Shown piece after piece: positions 39,096 to 52,516 of a stretch of 64,000 bases of DNA. Made by a program: the position numbers and the translations under genes. The first letter of the stretch is position 1; each line of letters opens with the position of its first letter. Location: contig NC_043002.1 in NCBI RefSeq assembly GCF_006345805.1, positions 103,602,001 to 103,666,000 of the forward strand. Direction: 5' to 3'. The stretch comes from Octopus sinensis (taxonomy: Eukaryota). Under the pieces are notes generated by a model. It was not told the DNA's origin and made no database searches. It worked only from the letters and a program-made list of their open reading frames with translations.

Positions 39096-42004
39096 TTGTC
39101 GTTGCTTGAGATTTGATAACAACATCATTACTAGCACGAATATGCTCGAAGGAGCTACAAGAATGAATACAATTCGATTGAAGGGTTTTAACACTGTGTC
39201 AACAGAGAGAGGCAATGAAAATTAACAAAGAGAATATGTACCCCACTTCTTGAATTCAGCGAGACGTACATGTAACACTAAACATATCGGAGCCAAGTGA
39301 GATTGACGATATGAGAAGGAGACGTACAGAAAAAGTTCTCGGAACTAAAGTGAAGTTGCTACTGAATCCTGAAGAAATATTACGGATCACTGAATCTATT
39401 CATATTGACAATGGGGGACTTAGTAAGTGTTGTGGCTGAGCGCGTGAGTTACATGTGAGGACAACCCGGACGGCAGAAGGTTTCATTTAGAAGCTTTGCG
39501 GACGATAGACATTAATGGTGGATAAAATGAGTTAACTTAATTCAGGCAATTAGTTTATTTGAATTAGTTTCCTGAATTCAGTCTTCTCTAACATAATACA
39601 AACTATTCCCGGTCACAATTCATCGTAATAATCTCAGTATTTGAATAATCTCGGTATTGGTAATAATCTCAATGTTTGAAAAGAATATAGCCTTTTGTTC
39701 ATTGATGAAACACGTTTTTCTGACTGCTTCGGTAATGAAGCCCTTGAATAGCGGAACACGCGTCTAATGAAATTCAAATATGCCGAAAAAGCTGTCACTA
39801 TCACAACTAACAATGGTTGTATTGCTAGTTGAGTATGAGATGTTCTTTTCTCTTCTCTTTTTATTACTAAAAAATAAGAAAAAAACACTGTTAATTTCTT
39901 TCGATTGTCACGTATTCTTTAAGCATTCTTAGCGCTTGGAAGTAGATTCTTGTTTTCCGTCTCCTGCTAAAAGGCAACTTGACGATTGCGCACGTCATCC
40001 ACTACGTCAATAATGTTTGATTTTAATGTCTGCCTTTGGCATGATGTGTATTTTTCCTTAACATTTTTTTTTATAATTGAGAATAAAAATATAGCATTCG
40101 CTTACAATATCCAAGTAAGCCTTCATCAGATAAGTAACCAAGGAATCGCGTTCCAGCAATAACCAAACTGTCCCTATTACTCTTACAACCCTGCAGTTTC
40201 CATCGTTTTGTTCCAACTTCTGAAGATGTGGTAGAGTTAATTTTAAGGAGATTTGACTGATTTTATTAGCAGGTCGAAAGACCATGTAAATGTCTTCTTT
40301 ATTTACCGTACGCATCTACGAGTTATATTTGGACACAATATACTTGGAAACAGACAGTAAAATCTAGGAAAGCTCAATAAAAACATAGACTGTCGAGTTA
40401 TTACAAGTTGTGCCGTCGTAAAATATTGAAGTGACTTCCGGTAATAAATAACATACTACTTCAGACAATTATGGATATTCAATGTCACACACGTCGTCTA
40501 CAATAGAACAATAATGTTACTTCATTCACGTTGTCATGAAAGAAAATGAATACCATAGCTAACGCCAAATATAATATGAAATAACAAAACCAAAATATCT
40601 CTATCACAACGCACAAACAAAACCCCCCCCAAAAAAAAATCATAATGAAACGCAACATAATCGCTAAAACACAATTGAATTTCCGCTTATATAATAACAG
40701 GGCGACAGCAAGCTAAAGAAAACGAAAATGGAGTCATTGACGATGTCGCTGACATATAAACTAGGAAAGAGTAGGAAATAACGGTAGAAATTACGTTTCC
40801 ACTTTTGATCAATGGCCATCTTACGCTCAACATTCACTATTCACAAAATATCGCGCCTTGTCAGCTGTTACATTCGCTCTGGATTAAAGGACATTGACCT
40901 GGCTCTTATATCTTGCATTACCCTACTATTTCGACAACTATTATTATTCCACATCTCCTACAGTATAAACAGCTTTTATTCATGTATAACATCAATAATA
41001 TTGCATAAAATATAAGGTGAACTTTGTAACTTTTTTTTTATTGGTCATTTTGCCCGGCAGAACTAATTGAATTACATTCATACATTAAACGTCTGATATA
41101 CGTTTCTCAATAAACTAGCTTTTATTCTCCGTGGATAATCTCTTATTTTGTTTTTCTTTCTTCTTTTTCTCCTTCTTATTTTCTGTTTCTTTCTTCTTCA
41201 CCATTTTCCCTTTTGTTGTTTTTTAATGTCCCTTATCTACAACTACAAACGTACATAGTAGTTCGATGTGAATCTATCTGGTCCAATCGCTATGTCTCTA
41301 CCAGTTGTGCTACAAATCAAACAACAGTCACGTACAAAAGAATCACCAATCGACAGTTTGAATCAACATGTTGAACGACGAACAAATACATAAGTGTGAG
41401 CCAAGGTGGCAAACTCATAAAAATTTATTTTCTTACACTGACTAGAATTGGGTAGAATTGTAAGAAAACAGGAAATCCCTCTATATGTTAACAAATACTC
41501 TGCTAGTATATCTTATAAATAATGAGAGATCCCAACTATCCTACTCTATGCCATGAACCTAAATGTATTCTGATGGGATAATGTGTTTCAAAAGTTGTTG
41601 GATATCTATTTGAAAGCATCAACTACGCTTCTGTAGAGAAACAAATTCCTTTGAAATGCTAAACAATTTGAATCCCTTTCTCCAGAGCCACACGAAGGTA
41701 ATTTATGCTTTTTGTCCTATCAGGTTGATTAAAATAATTAACCGGCGTCGATGTAATCCACTCCCATCATTCTCTAAAATAGCAGGTCTTGAGCCATTAT
41801 TTGAAACAAAGGCGATCGGTTCCCAGGAGCTTTAGTGCTTTGGACGAAATGTTAAGCGGAATTTTGCCAGCTATTCATGTGCTGAGTTCAGGTTGGCTGG
41901 TCAATAAAATAAAATATCAGTCAAAATTACTAACCAAGTGCTGAAGTTAAAAAGAATGATTAGCGCACTGGAGAAGTGCTTAGTGGAGTTCTATCCTTCT
42001 TTAC

Positions 42005-42150
42005 ACTCCGGATTCGAATTCCTACAAGGCTGACTTTGCGTTTCATATTTCCTAGGCCGATAAAAAAAAAGGGACCAGCTGAGGACTTGGGGTTGATGTA
42101 ATCGATTTACACCTCCCGAAATTGTTGGCCTTGAGCAAAACTTTGAAACC
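42005..42150 (+). mobile_element. SINE family 1 relative, degenerate
   Basis: ttcgaattcc...gactttgcgtttcat...accagctgaggacttggggttgatgtaatcgatt core. Confidence 0.65.
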
Positions 42151-42300
42151 ACTATCATTATTATAGTCATAATTGTGGGGCCCTTTGACGTGAAGTTAGA
42201 TACAATTATTGTGGAAATTGTATCTGACAACATGATTTCAGTTCTCTATTTAAGAGGGCGGGCTACTAACCCCAAGATTCCGAGTTCGATTCCAAACAGT

Positions 42301-42373
<73 letters not shown>

Positions 42374-42469
42374 TAATAATAATAATAATAGTATTAATAA
42401 TTGATGATGATGATGATGATGATATTAATAATAATAATAACATCGAAAAATACCTTACGAATAAGAACC

Positions 42470-42590
42470 CAGATTCGAAATTTCCCCAGGACCCCTGATA
42501 AAGGCTGGAGGATATACCAGCTGAAACGCTGTATTAACAAACAAGATAGGGACAAATATCCTTCAAATGTAAATAATGTTGATAATATAT
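42470..42590 (+). mobile_element. Possible PLE-type terminus family C with a degenerate hammerhead-like fold
   Basis: CTGATAA-A-GGCTGG-aggatata-CCAGCT-GAA-ACGC-T at 42495-42530. The downstream aacaagat..ggacaaatatcc.tcaaatgtaaata is also seen inverted at about 60115-60157. Confidence 0.4.
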
Positions 42591-42619
42591 CGTGATCCCA
42601 GTATTACTTCTTATCTCCT

Positions 42620-43100
42620 ATATTCTATGTTCAAATCCCACCGTGGTCAACTTTGCTTTTCATTCCCCTGTCACTGATAAAACTAAATGTTTTTTTTTCA
42701 GTAGAGGGATCGATATACTTAACCCATTTCCAACCATTATGTCTTCTGTCTTTAGAAACCATTTTTAAATGCGTCGTTCTGGAAGAACGCTACAGAGTCG
42801 AACAAAGTAGGCTTACGTTGTTTCTTTTTCAATTTTTATACATTCTGAGTTCAAATCTCACCAAGATTAACTTTGATTTTTATCCCTTCAGATTCTATAA
42901 GTTTATAATTTCTCTAAAGTCCTCAGGTTCTATAAGGTCGCTATATTGGACCCATTTCCAACCAATCAGTCTTCTGTCTTTGGAAACCATTATTGGATTC
43001 TGAGTTCAAATCCCGCCGAGATCAACTTTGCTCTTCATCTCCACGGGTTCTGTAAGGGACCAGTAAATCACACGGCTCAATAGATCGATCACCCGTTATT
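42620..43100 (+). repeat. Three SINE-core fragments in tandem
   Basis: gttcaaatc.cacc...aactttg occurs at about 42629, 42848 and 43003. The spacer acccatttccaacca...gtcttctgtcttt.gaaaccatt occurs twice. Confidence 0.7.
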
Positions 43101-43384
43101 TACACGAGATTAATTGTTTTGTACCTAAACTAGAAATTATTAAGATTATTAGAGCAGATTTTGTTGTGGTTGTTAAATGTTCTGAGCACATATAAAGCTA
43201 AACACAACGATAATTAAAATAACCATCTATGAACCATTCATAATAATCAACATTATCATTTTTGATATTTTATTATTATTCTCATAAACAGAATACATCA
43301 ACGCGATTAGTATTATTGTTCGCTTCAACGTCGCATACATCATCATCAACATCAACATTTATCTCGTCATAATTATCGTTGTCA

Positions 43385-43512
43385 ATAGGGATAATAATGA
43401 TGGCAGTGGTGGTGATGGTGGTGAGGATAAGGATTATGATGGTACTAATAATATTACTAACTGATGAGAATGATGATGGTTATGATGATGATGATGGTGA
43501 TGGTGATGGTGT

Positions 43513-43559
<47 letters not shown>

Positions 43560-43587
43560 GTGATGGTGCTGATGGTGATGATGATGG

Positions 43588-43632
<45 letters not shown>

Positions 43633-44510
43633 GGATGCTTATGACAGTGATGGTAGTGGTGCTGAAGAGGATGACAACGAAAATTATATAAATTGTAACT
43701 GTCATCAGCACCATCGTCTTCATCATCTGAGGCGTCACCATCATCATCATCATCATCATGGCAGTCATTGTTTGAAGTTAAAAGTCTTCTCACCGATACA
43801 CATCGTTTACACAATTTTTCTTTCTTTTCTACTTTTTTTAAAACGACGTAACACCCTCTTCTTTTTTGTTTCTTCTTCTTCTTCTTCTTCTTCTTCTTCT
43901 TCTTCTTCTTCTTTCTTCTTCTTTTTCTTCTTCTTTTTCTTTCTTCTTTTCTTCTCTTCTTCTTCTTCTTCTTCTTTCCTTCTTCTTCTTTCTTCTTCTT
44001 CTTTTCTTTCTTCTTCTTCTCTTCTTCCTCCTCTTCTTCTCTTCTTCTTCTTCTCTCCTTCTTCTTCTCCTTCTTCTTCTTCCCCTCCTCCTCTTCTTCT
44101 TCTGCTTCTCTGCTTCTTCTTCTTCTTCTTATTCTTATTCTGCTTCGTCCCCTCAACCTCAACCTCCTCCTCTTCTAGTTTCTTCTTCTTTTTTCTTCCT
44201 CTTCTAATTATAATTATCATCTTTTTTATATCATTATTATTATCATTATCTTTTTTTACATACTATTTCATTATCTTTATTATATAATTTTTTTTCATCT
44301 TCATCTTCTTCTTCTATCTTATTATTGATCGTCTATTCTTCTTTGTTCTTGTTCTTCTTTCTTCTTCTTCTTCTCTTCTTCTTTCTTCTTCTTCTCTTTT
44401 CTTTTCTTCTTTGTATTTCTTATTCTATTATTATTATTATGATTATTATTATTATTATTATTATTATTATCATCATCATCGTCATCATCATCATCATTGT
44501 CATTATTATT
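43385..44510. repeat. Compound trinucleotide mosaic (GAT, CAT, TTC, TAT)
   Basis: Direct reading. It generates the 302-aa and 242-aa low-complexity ORFs. Confidence 0.95.
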
Positions 44511-45189
44511 ATAGCTGTTGTTGTTTCGTTTGTTTCGATGGTAGTCTGTTGTTGCACTTTAATCATTTCTCACTCATTGCGCAATCATCTGTGTAGTTTT
44601 CATGTCCTCCCCTACACCTCCACATTGTTCCACCCCCACCTTCCCTCTTTGTAGTAAATCAGAAGCAAACACAACACACAAAACAACAGGACGTAAACAA
44701 TAAAAGAAACAGCATTAAATACAAAAAAACACACAAACAAACAAATAAATTTCAGAAAAAAAAACATTGCATGAGAATATTGAAAACAGTCGTGAAAACA
44801 ATGGAAGCGCACAGCGCGGTGTGTGTCGGCGACAAACCACCACAAGAGGAACATCGTCAGCCATCAAAGTCATCGGAATTATCATCATCAATAGCAGCAG
44901 CATCAGTTTCCTCTCGTAATGATGATGGTGGTTGTAATGGTGTTGCTGTTGGTGATGATGAGGATGATAGTAAAAAAGAAAGAAGAGGGAGGGAGGGATA
45001 ATAAGAAAAATAATATTACGTAATTTTTATTATAATGGGTACTATTTCTTCATAGTAGTAGTAGTAGTATTAAGAGGATGATGATGAGGGGGAGGAGGAG
45101 GGGGAGAGGGAGAAGGAGAAGGAGGAGTGCAATTATCTTTAATATTATAACTAAAATTATAATTATGCTTATAATTATTATTATTATTA

Positions 45190-45251
<62 letters not shown>

Positions 45252-45659
45252 GACGTCACACACTGTACAGTCTCGTGAGGTTATTGATTAAATAATAATA
45301 ATAATAATAATAAAAGACCTGAAAATTATTTAAGAATGATCCCTGCCTTAGAATCCATAAAGGAAGTGCAAAATATTGTCTCAATTTCTACGTCACACGT
45401 ATTAAGAAACCCATCGTCTTGTTGAATTTTCCTTCGTTTTCCCCCTTAACTTTCTTCGTTTAATTTTTCATCTTCTATTTGACTTTTTGCCCCTCTTTTA
45501 CTATCACGTAACTTTCCAAACGTACAAACTGGTTTATTTATTTCAATTGCTTACCAGTGTATACAGTGCGTTTCACTGTCCTAGGTGTCAAGAAGACACT
45601 CGGCAAGAAATGGACACAGATTTGAAAGAAGATGATAATGGACGTAATTATGGCACTAG

Positions 45660-45760
45660 GTAAAAAGGGTAAAATCGATTTTATGGACCCTAGTATTCAA
45701 CTGGTATTTAATTGATCGACCCTGAAAGGATGAAAGGTAAAGTCAACCACAAAACGTAAA
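45660..45760 (-). mobile_element. SINE family 1 core fragment
   Basis: aatcgatt...gaccctagtattcaactggtatt..attgatcgaccctgaaaggatgaaaggtaaagtcaacc. Confidence 0.7.
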
Positions 45761-46546
45761 AGACTTTGATGATGAAGATGATGATGGCGACGAAGGCGAC
45801 GACGATGACGACAACGATGATGATGATGATGAGAATGATGATGATAATGATGATGATGATCATGACAGTGATGATGGTGATGACGATGACGACGTCGACG
45901 GCGACGAGAACGACTGCGATAGTCATGATGATCACTGATCATTCCGTTTACAATGACAACAGCGACGAACGATGACGGATTATTATTATGAAAAGGAGGA
46001 CGAGATAGTGGTGGAGCATTGTGGTGGTGGTGGTTGCGCTGTTGCTACTGCTGCTGCTGTTGATAATGATGCTAGTAGGAACGACGCTAGGGACGAGAAA
46101 ATTGATGACGAGGTCCTTACTGAGGCCAATCACCAAGTCGAACATCCTTACGACACACAAAATATATAAAAATGAACAATATTGTTACGTAAAACACTTT
46201 CCTCAGTTGCTTTATAAATTTCTCACCATAACTTTCATTTATGTCTACTTTTTATTTTAAGCTTCATATAACGAAAGAGATTATGGTGAAAGAAAGAAGT
46301 TGAAACTGAATAAGAAGAAGAAAAGAGACATTTTTAGCGTTGGTGTGGTGCTGATTGTATTTCTTATCAGATGATATAAAATTTTTATAAAAACAATTCA
46401 TGCATCTTAGTCAACATTAAATAAATATTTGAAATAATAGATTCGGTGGCTACGATGAAATTATGTTGTGAACGAGCAGGAGACAGATGCAGACACTGGT
46501 TTGTCGCGTGTGCCAGACATACATCGAAATTGCAGGAGACAGACGA

Positions 46547-46547
<1 letters not shown>

Positions 46548-46602
<55 letters not shown>

Positions 46603-46873
46603 TCATATAATGTATATATATATATATTTATGTACATATATATATATATATGTACATATATATACATATATATACACACACATATATATGTATATGTAAA
46701 TATGTATATAACACACACCGTAATATATATACTCTCTAATATATATACACAGATTTACAAACGCACGCACAAACTACAAATATTTATGTTGTATATATAT
46801 ATCTATATATATCTATATATATAAATATATATAATATATATATCTATATATATATATATATAGATATATATAT

Positions 46874-46960
<87 letters not shown>
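46548..46960. repeat. (TA)n microsatellite block
   Basis: Direct reading. Confidence 0.95.
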
Positions 46961-46963
<3 letters not shown>

Positions 46964-47289
46964 GTCGATGTTTGCTTCGATGAGATTTAGCTTCTAGAGA
47001 TTTTGTAATAATACTGCTTTTCTTTCTTTATAATCTACTCAATAAGAATTATGACGTTTGCAAAGTTCGAAAATTTATACATTTGCTGTATATTTTCAAA
47101 AATATCTTTTTGCTTTTATTTTTATTTTTCATTTGCATTTTCACTGGAACTAATATTAATTTTTCATTTTTATTCCGCAATTCTTTTCAGTACTTTTTTT
47201 CCTAAAGAATGCAATTAATTTCATTCTTTAATGAAAGATTAATTAGCCATATTAATGACGATGCTATTGATTTTGACAATGGTCTTAAA

Positions 47290-47718
47290 GTAGCAGTAGT
47301 AGTAGTAAATAGGAATAATATAATTGAAGCAATACGAGTAGTAGTAGCAATAGTAGTAGTAGTAGTATAGTAGTAGTAGTAGTTAGTAGTAGTAGTAGTA
47401 ATGAATATGATGATGATACATGATAATGATGCTGATGATGATAATAGCACTAATAATAATAATAATGATGATGATGATGGTGATAATAATATTAACAATA
47501 ATAATTATAGCGATGATAATAATATTTAATGATTTTATTGATATTATCTTCGTCATTCTCATCTTTTACTTAAAAGTAATCTGGATCTTTTTGCAGATAA
47601 CTTATTAATGCCATCTCTATGTTTATTATTGTTGTTTTTGGTCTTGGTTGTGGTGGTGGTGGTGGTGATAGTAGCAGTAGTAGTATTCTTGGTGGTAGTG
47701 GTGGTAGTAGTAGTAGTA

Positions 47719-47753
<35 letters not shown>

Positions 47754-48255
47754 TAGTAGTAGTAGTAACAGCCGCAGTAGCAGCAGCAGTTGTAGGAAGG
47801 GAGAGGAAAAAGAAGACGAAGAAAAAGAAGAAGACGAAGACGAAGAAGAAAATGGAAGATGAGGTGGTGGTGGAGGAGGAAAAGGCGAAGAAGAAGAAGA
47901 AGAAGAAAGAAGAAAAAGTAGAAGAAGAAGTAGAAGAAGAAGAAAATGGAAGAAGAAAGAAGAAAAAGTACTAGAAGAAGAAGAAGAAGAAGAAGAAGAA
48001 GAAAGAATAAAGAAAAAGACGAAGGAGGGAAAGAAGAAGAAAAATAAGAAAGTAGAAGAGAAGAAGAAAGAAAAAAGTAAAGAAAAAGAAGAAGAAGAAG
48101 AAAAGAAGAAGAAGAAGAGAAAAAGGAAAGAAGAAAAAAGAAGCAAGAAGAAAAGAAGAAGAAAGAAAGAAGAAGCGAGGAGGAGGAAAAGAATAAGAAG
48201 AAGAAGAAGAAAGAAGAAGAGAAGAAAGAATAAGAAAAAGAGAAGAAGAAGAAAA
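47290..48255. repeat. Compound microsatellite (TAG, GAT, GGT, GAA)
   Basis: Direct reading. It ends in an about 450-bp GAA-rich polypurine run. Confidence 0.95.
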
Positions 48256-49542
48256 CATCCTTGCTATATGTATGACAACAGCGTGATACGTCATATCACG
48301 ATTGATGCCTGTTCAAATTCCTTTATGGAAAGGAGAACGACGACAAGCCAATATTCACCTTTGACAATTCGATTTTCCCTGTAACATTGTGCATGATATT
48401 TGAGAAGTGATTGCTATATTCAGAGCGGTCTTACATGAAGGAGAACATGGATTCTTCGTGATGGCTCTTTCTCATGGAATTAACAGTCATATCACGCTCA
48501 TTGCTTACTATAGCTTCTTGAAAATACAAGACTTCAACAACTGTTTTAGTAAAATTTATATATTACGTTAGATATTGTCCCGTATGCAAAGAATCATATT
48601 GCCGGTTTCTCATCCTACATGGGGCATAACATCCCTTTGAAATGAGACGCCAGTCCGTATCAAAGTTACGATGTGAAATAAAAGGTTTGGCCCCAAAACA
48701 CGAGCAAAGCCCAATCGTTGAAACCCATCCTCGGGCTTGTGTGCAACAGCCTACCCATAAGGTATCGCACTTTTTGACGTAGATGTTATATAATATTCTC
48801 CATAGATAAACAGTGACCGCGAATTGGGTACCATCTGCGCGATGTATGAGTTAGTATCCTTCTTGGTTTCACTGTGAAATATTTATTGCTTATTTTGGTT
48901 AATCGAGAGAAGCAGGTTGAGCTTACGTCAGACCGTGCAGGAGAAACTGCTCCGTTATTGCGCCTGATAAAAACACCAATGAAATTTCATTCAGATTAAA
49001 TTCTATATATAATAACGATGACTATTGTCTATCACTTCATAATGTTGTACTAGTTGCACGTAAAAGAGATAGTTGAAATATTAGGAAGGTCTTTGATCAT
49101 AGTTCTTTATCGATTTGGATTACATACAGAAGTTGAGCATGAAACATCGCAGATCAATATGACCGTATAAATTCGTATAATACTTATATATTTCAGAAAA
49201 TTTGTCACAGATATATTAATAAAGGAAAAATGATTCCATTTAATTCTTAATTGTTTATAGGTTGAAATAAAGTATTGTATTCAATTATCAGTCATGCTGC
49301 TCCAACATATGTTGGTGCTCTATCACCAAAACGTGTCTCCTGTTTTCCATCCTCGAAACATGATCGTCATCTTCAAATTAACCGCAGATTCGAACTGAAA
49401 CAGAAACCTACATAATAACCGGAACGCTACTACAAAAATATACATACACTCAATCACACACACATACCGACACACTATATTGAGATACACATTAACCACC
49501 CCACCATATATTTATATATATGTGTGAGTGTCTGTACATGCG

Positions 49543-49590
<48 letters not shown>

Positions 49591-49592
<2 letters not shown>

Positions 49593-49925
49593 TATAAGAG
49601 AGGGCAGGCACAGGTTGCTTTGCCGCATACCGAAAGAATTAGAAATAGCAGTCAGAGACAGTTTATTTCCATTTTCTACAAGTGGGGGCTCCATATACGA
49701 CATAACCCTGCAATACACATATGCAAAATGGAGGAATATTCGCTATTAACGGTAAGGCATTGTTTTCGTTTATTTATTCCTCCGATTTTACATATGTGTA
49801 TTGCAGGGTTATGTCGTATATGGAGCCCCCACTTGTAGAAAATGGAAATAAACAGTCTCTGACTGCTATTTCTAATTCTTTCGGTATGCGGCAAAGCAAC
49901 CTGTTGCCTGCCCTTCTACTTATAT
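49591..49925. mobile_element. Hairpin MITE-like element in TA-rich flanks
   Basis: Arms about 49601-49738 and about 49775-49914 are near-perfect reverse complements around a 36-nt spacer. No ORF; flanked by TA dinucleotides. Confidence 0.8.
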
Positions 49926-50061
49926 ACTATATATACAGAACTCCACAGAAGTTCCCATCGCTAAAGGTCATATTTACATACCGAAATCTACCGGTAAATA
50001 ATTGTTGGTTGTCTGAAAAACCATCCAAAAAATTATTTACCCTTATTATTATTATTATTAT

Positions 50062-50093
<32 letters not shown>

Positions 50094-50229
50094 TATCTTA
50101 AGAAAAACCTTACTTAGAAATTGATGCGTGCGTTCCGTAATATACTAACAAATTAATAAATAAAACATATCCATATATACATACACATGTACTTACCTAC
50201 ATCTCCATGTATATATAAATGTATTTTGG

Positions 50230-50563
50230 GTACAGGACACCAAAAAGACGTCGAACACAATGCAGGACGTCCAGATCTTGAGTCATCTTGAAGGCTCTCT
50301 CTTCAGCCCCTACATTCTTCCCTTCACTCCTGCACTGTTGATACAGCTGGAACGTTACCCTTAAGGTAGCATATCTTTGTGACCCAAATGCTGTTTCCGC
50401 AGGTAATTGTTAGCACCACGATGCTAAATGTTCTCCATTTTCAAGAGAATTTACAACAACCTATATTTGATTTCTTCTTTGAACATTCAGATGGGAGTAT
50501 ATTTCACATCGGTGGCTTCACTCTTTCATAGCCTGTCTATAAAATTTTCACGTCACCCTCATA
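50230..50563 (-). mobile_element. Mariner (Tc1/mariner) transposon 5' relic
   Basis: Minus strand starts TA-TGAGGG (mariner-like TACGAGGG end with CpG decay), then EEIKYR..., then LKGNVPAVSTVQE*REECRG*RESLQDDSRSGRPA, matching the mariner HTH motif ..AP..STV..W...F..GR.SL.DD.RSGRP. Confidence 0.8.
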
Positions 50564-51229
50564 TATGATGTCTTGCAAACAACTTGCACATGCAAGTGCT
50601 ACCAGTTAAAAGCTCCGTATATCGGAAGCTAGCAAGTGTATGGGGTCATCAGGAGAGAATGCGTGTGTTTGTATGGGTGTGTTTGTATGGGTGTGCGCGT
50701 GCATGTATATGGCTATGTGTATATGTATGTATATATATATATATATATAAATATATATATATGTACATAATTAAGCGTCACTATACCTGAGTGTAGATGT
50801 TTGGCTTCTGCAGGTGAATTTATGGAAATATATACAGATATTCAATATACCTCTTATTCTTGTAATGTTTCTTTCTACTTTTCTTTAAACGTGTGGGTGT
50901 CTGAGGGATAGAGTTTTGCGAGAACTCGAGTCAATGGTTATGAGTAGAGTAATATCGATTTTGCAAGAGGCAAACAGTAGTATCGTATATACTTACAATA
51001 GTCAACCGCCAACACCGTCCCGATCTGGTAGATTTCTGTATTTTAAATTTCAAAAGCGTCTGGTAAATTGCCAATATCATTAAACAAACTTTCTATTTCG
51101 ATCGCTTTGTAGTAACGTGTACAAAGATATTGCACTCCGTGTTGTCAGAAATATTTATCCCGATTTAATTTAACAGAATCAGATAAAAACAGAATAACTT
51201 AATACACGATCTAATGGATTTACGTATAT

Positions 51230-51436
51230 ATAATATATTATATATATAATATATATATATATGCGGGTGTATGTATATATAAGATATATATATATATATA
51301 TGTATATAATATATACGTTTGTGTGCGTGTATATATGTATATAACTTTATATATCTGTATAGCAATCTATCTCCAGTCTCCTTATATTGTAGCTATTATA
51401 TTAATATATTATGTGTGTGTTAGTATATGTATATAC

Positions 51437-51467
<31 letters not shown>

Positions 51468-51514
51468 GATATATATATATATATATATGATAGATTATAT
51501 ATACATATATATAA

Positions 51515-51577
<63 letters not shown>

Positions 51578-51624
51578 TATGCATATATATATATATATAT
51601 ATGCATATATATATATATATTGCA

Positions 51625-51678
<54 letters not shown>

Positions 51679-51700
51679 GTATGTATTATGTATGTATAAT
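51230..51700. repeat. (TA)n microsatellite block
   Basis: Direct reading. Confidence 0.95.
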
Positions 51701-52324
51701 GTATGTATATATGTATACACGTATACTTGTGAGAAGGGCCTCATTGGTTAAGCAGCAGAGAAATAGTGGAGTTAGTAAGCTAGTGAATCAGATAAAGGTT
51801 ATGGTGGAAGAATTTGACGAATGTAAATTGTCTAAAGTTTCATACTCCCAGTCGTCTGCATTAATTTCTGAATTTTCGAAAATGACAATAAGAAACACCA
51901 TCTACATAGCATTCTTGAATTCAAAGTACATTATATTTATTTACGTTGATGTTGAAGTTAGTTTTACTGAGGCGGTCGAACGACTCCTGACTATTCTGCC
52001 TCTCCGTCAAACCAGCCATTATTCAGTAAAAGAAAGCATTTTTGTCTTTTATCAAGCTTTGACTCCAACAATGACCTTTTGCAGTGCTTCTTATTTTCCA
52101 ACCTTACAACATGATGTAATTGGGGAACATTCCAATATGTACTGAGAATAAGGGGATTATTAGAATAATACCAGGTGTTTCAGTGGTGTCTTCTTTTCGA
52201 TGGTAATCCTATCTTCGTTCATTATGGTTTTCAAGGTACATATTTTGGTTTGGTTCCAGCTTCTTTCTTGCTTATATTGTCACCGGTGCTACCATGGCTG
52301 TTATTGTTGTTTTATTTATATTTC

Positions 52325-52516
52325 GTTATTGCCAACAGGGGGCTAAACACAGAGGGCACAAAGAAGAGGGCACCAACGGATTAAGTCGATTACATCGACC
52401 CCAGTGCGTAACTGGTACTTAATTTATCGACCCCGAAAGGATAAAAGGCACAGTCGACCTCGGCGGAATTTGAACTCAGAACGAAGCGGCAGACAAAATA
52501 CTGCCAGCTCGCTGCC
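52325..52516 (-). mobile_element. tRNA-derived SINE family 1 with an internal deletion in the head
   Basis: High identity to the reverse complement of 2566-2797. The head jumps from gaaatac to tgccagctcgc. Confidence 0.9.

Noticed and set aside
48421-48570. Frame AVLHEGEHGFFVMALSHGINSHI resembling the caspase xxSHG motif
   Set aside because: Spacing to the expected downstream Cys/KPK and QACRG motifs does not fit, and no other caspase exon was seen.
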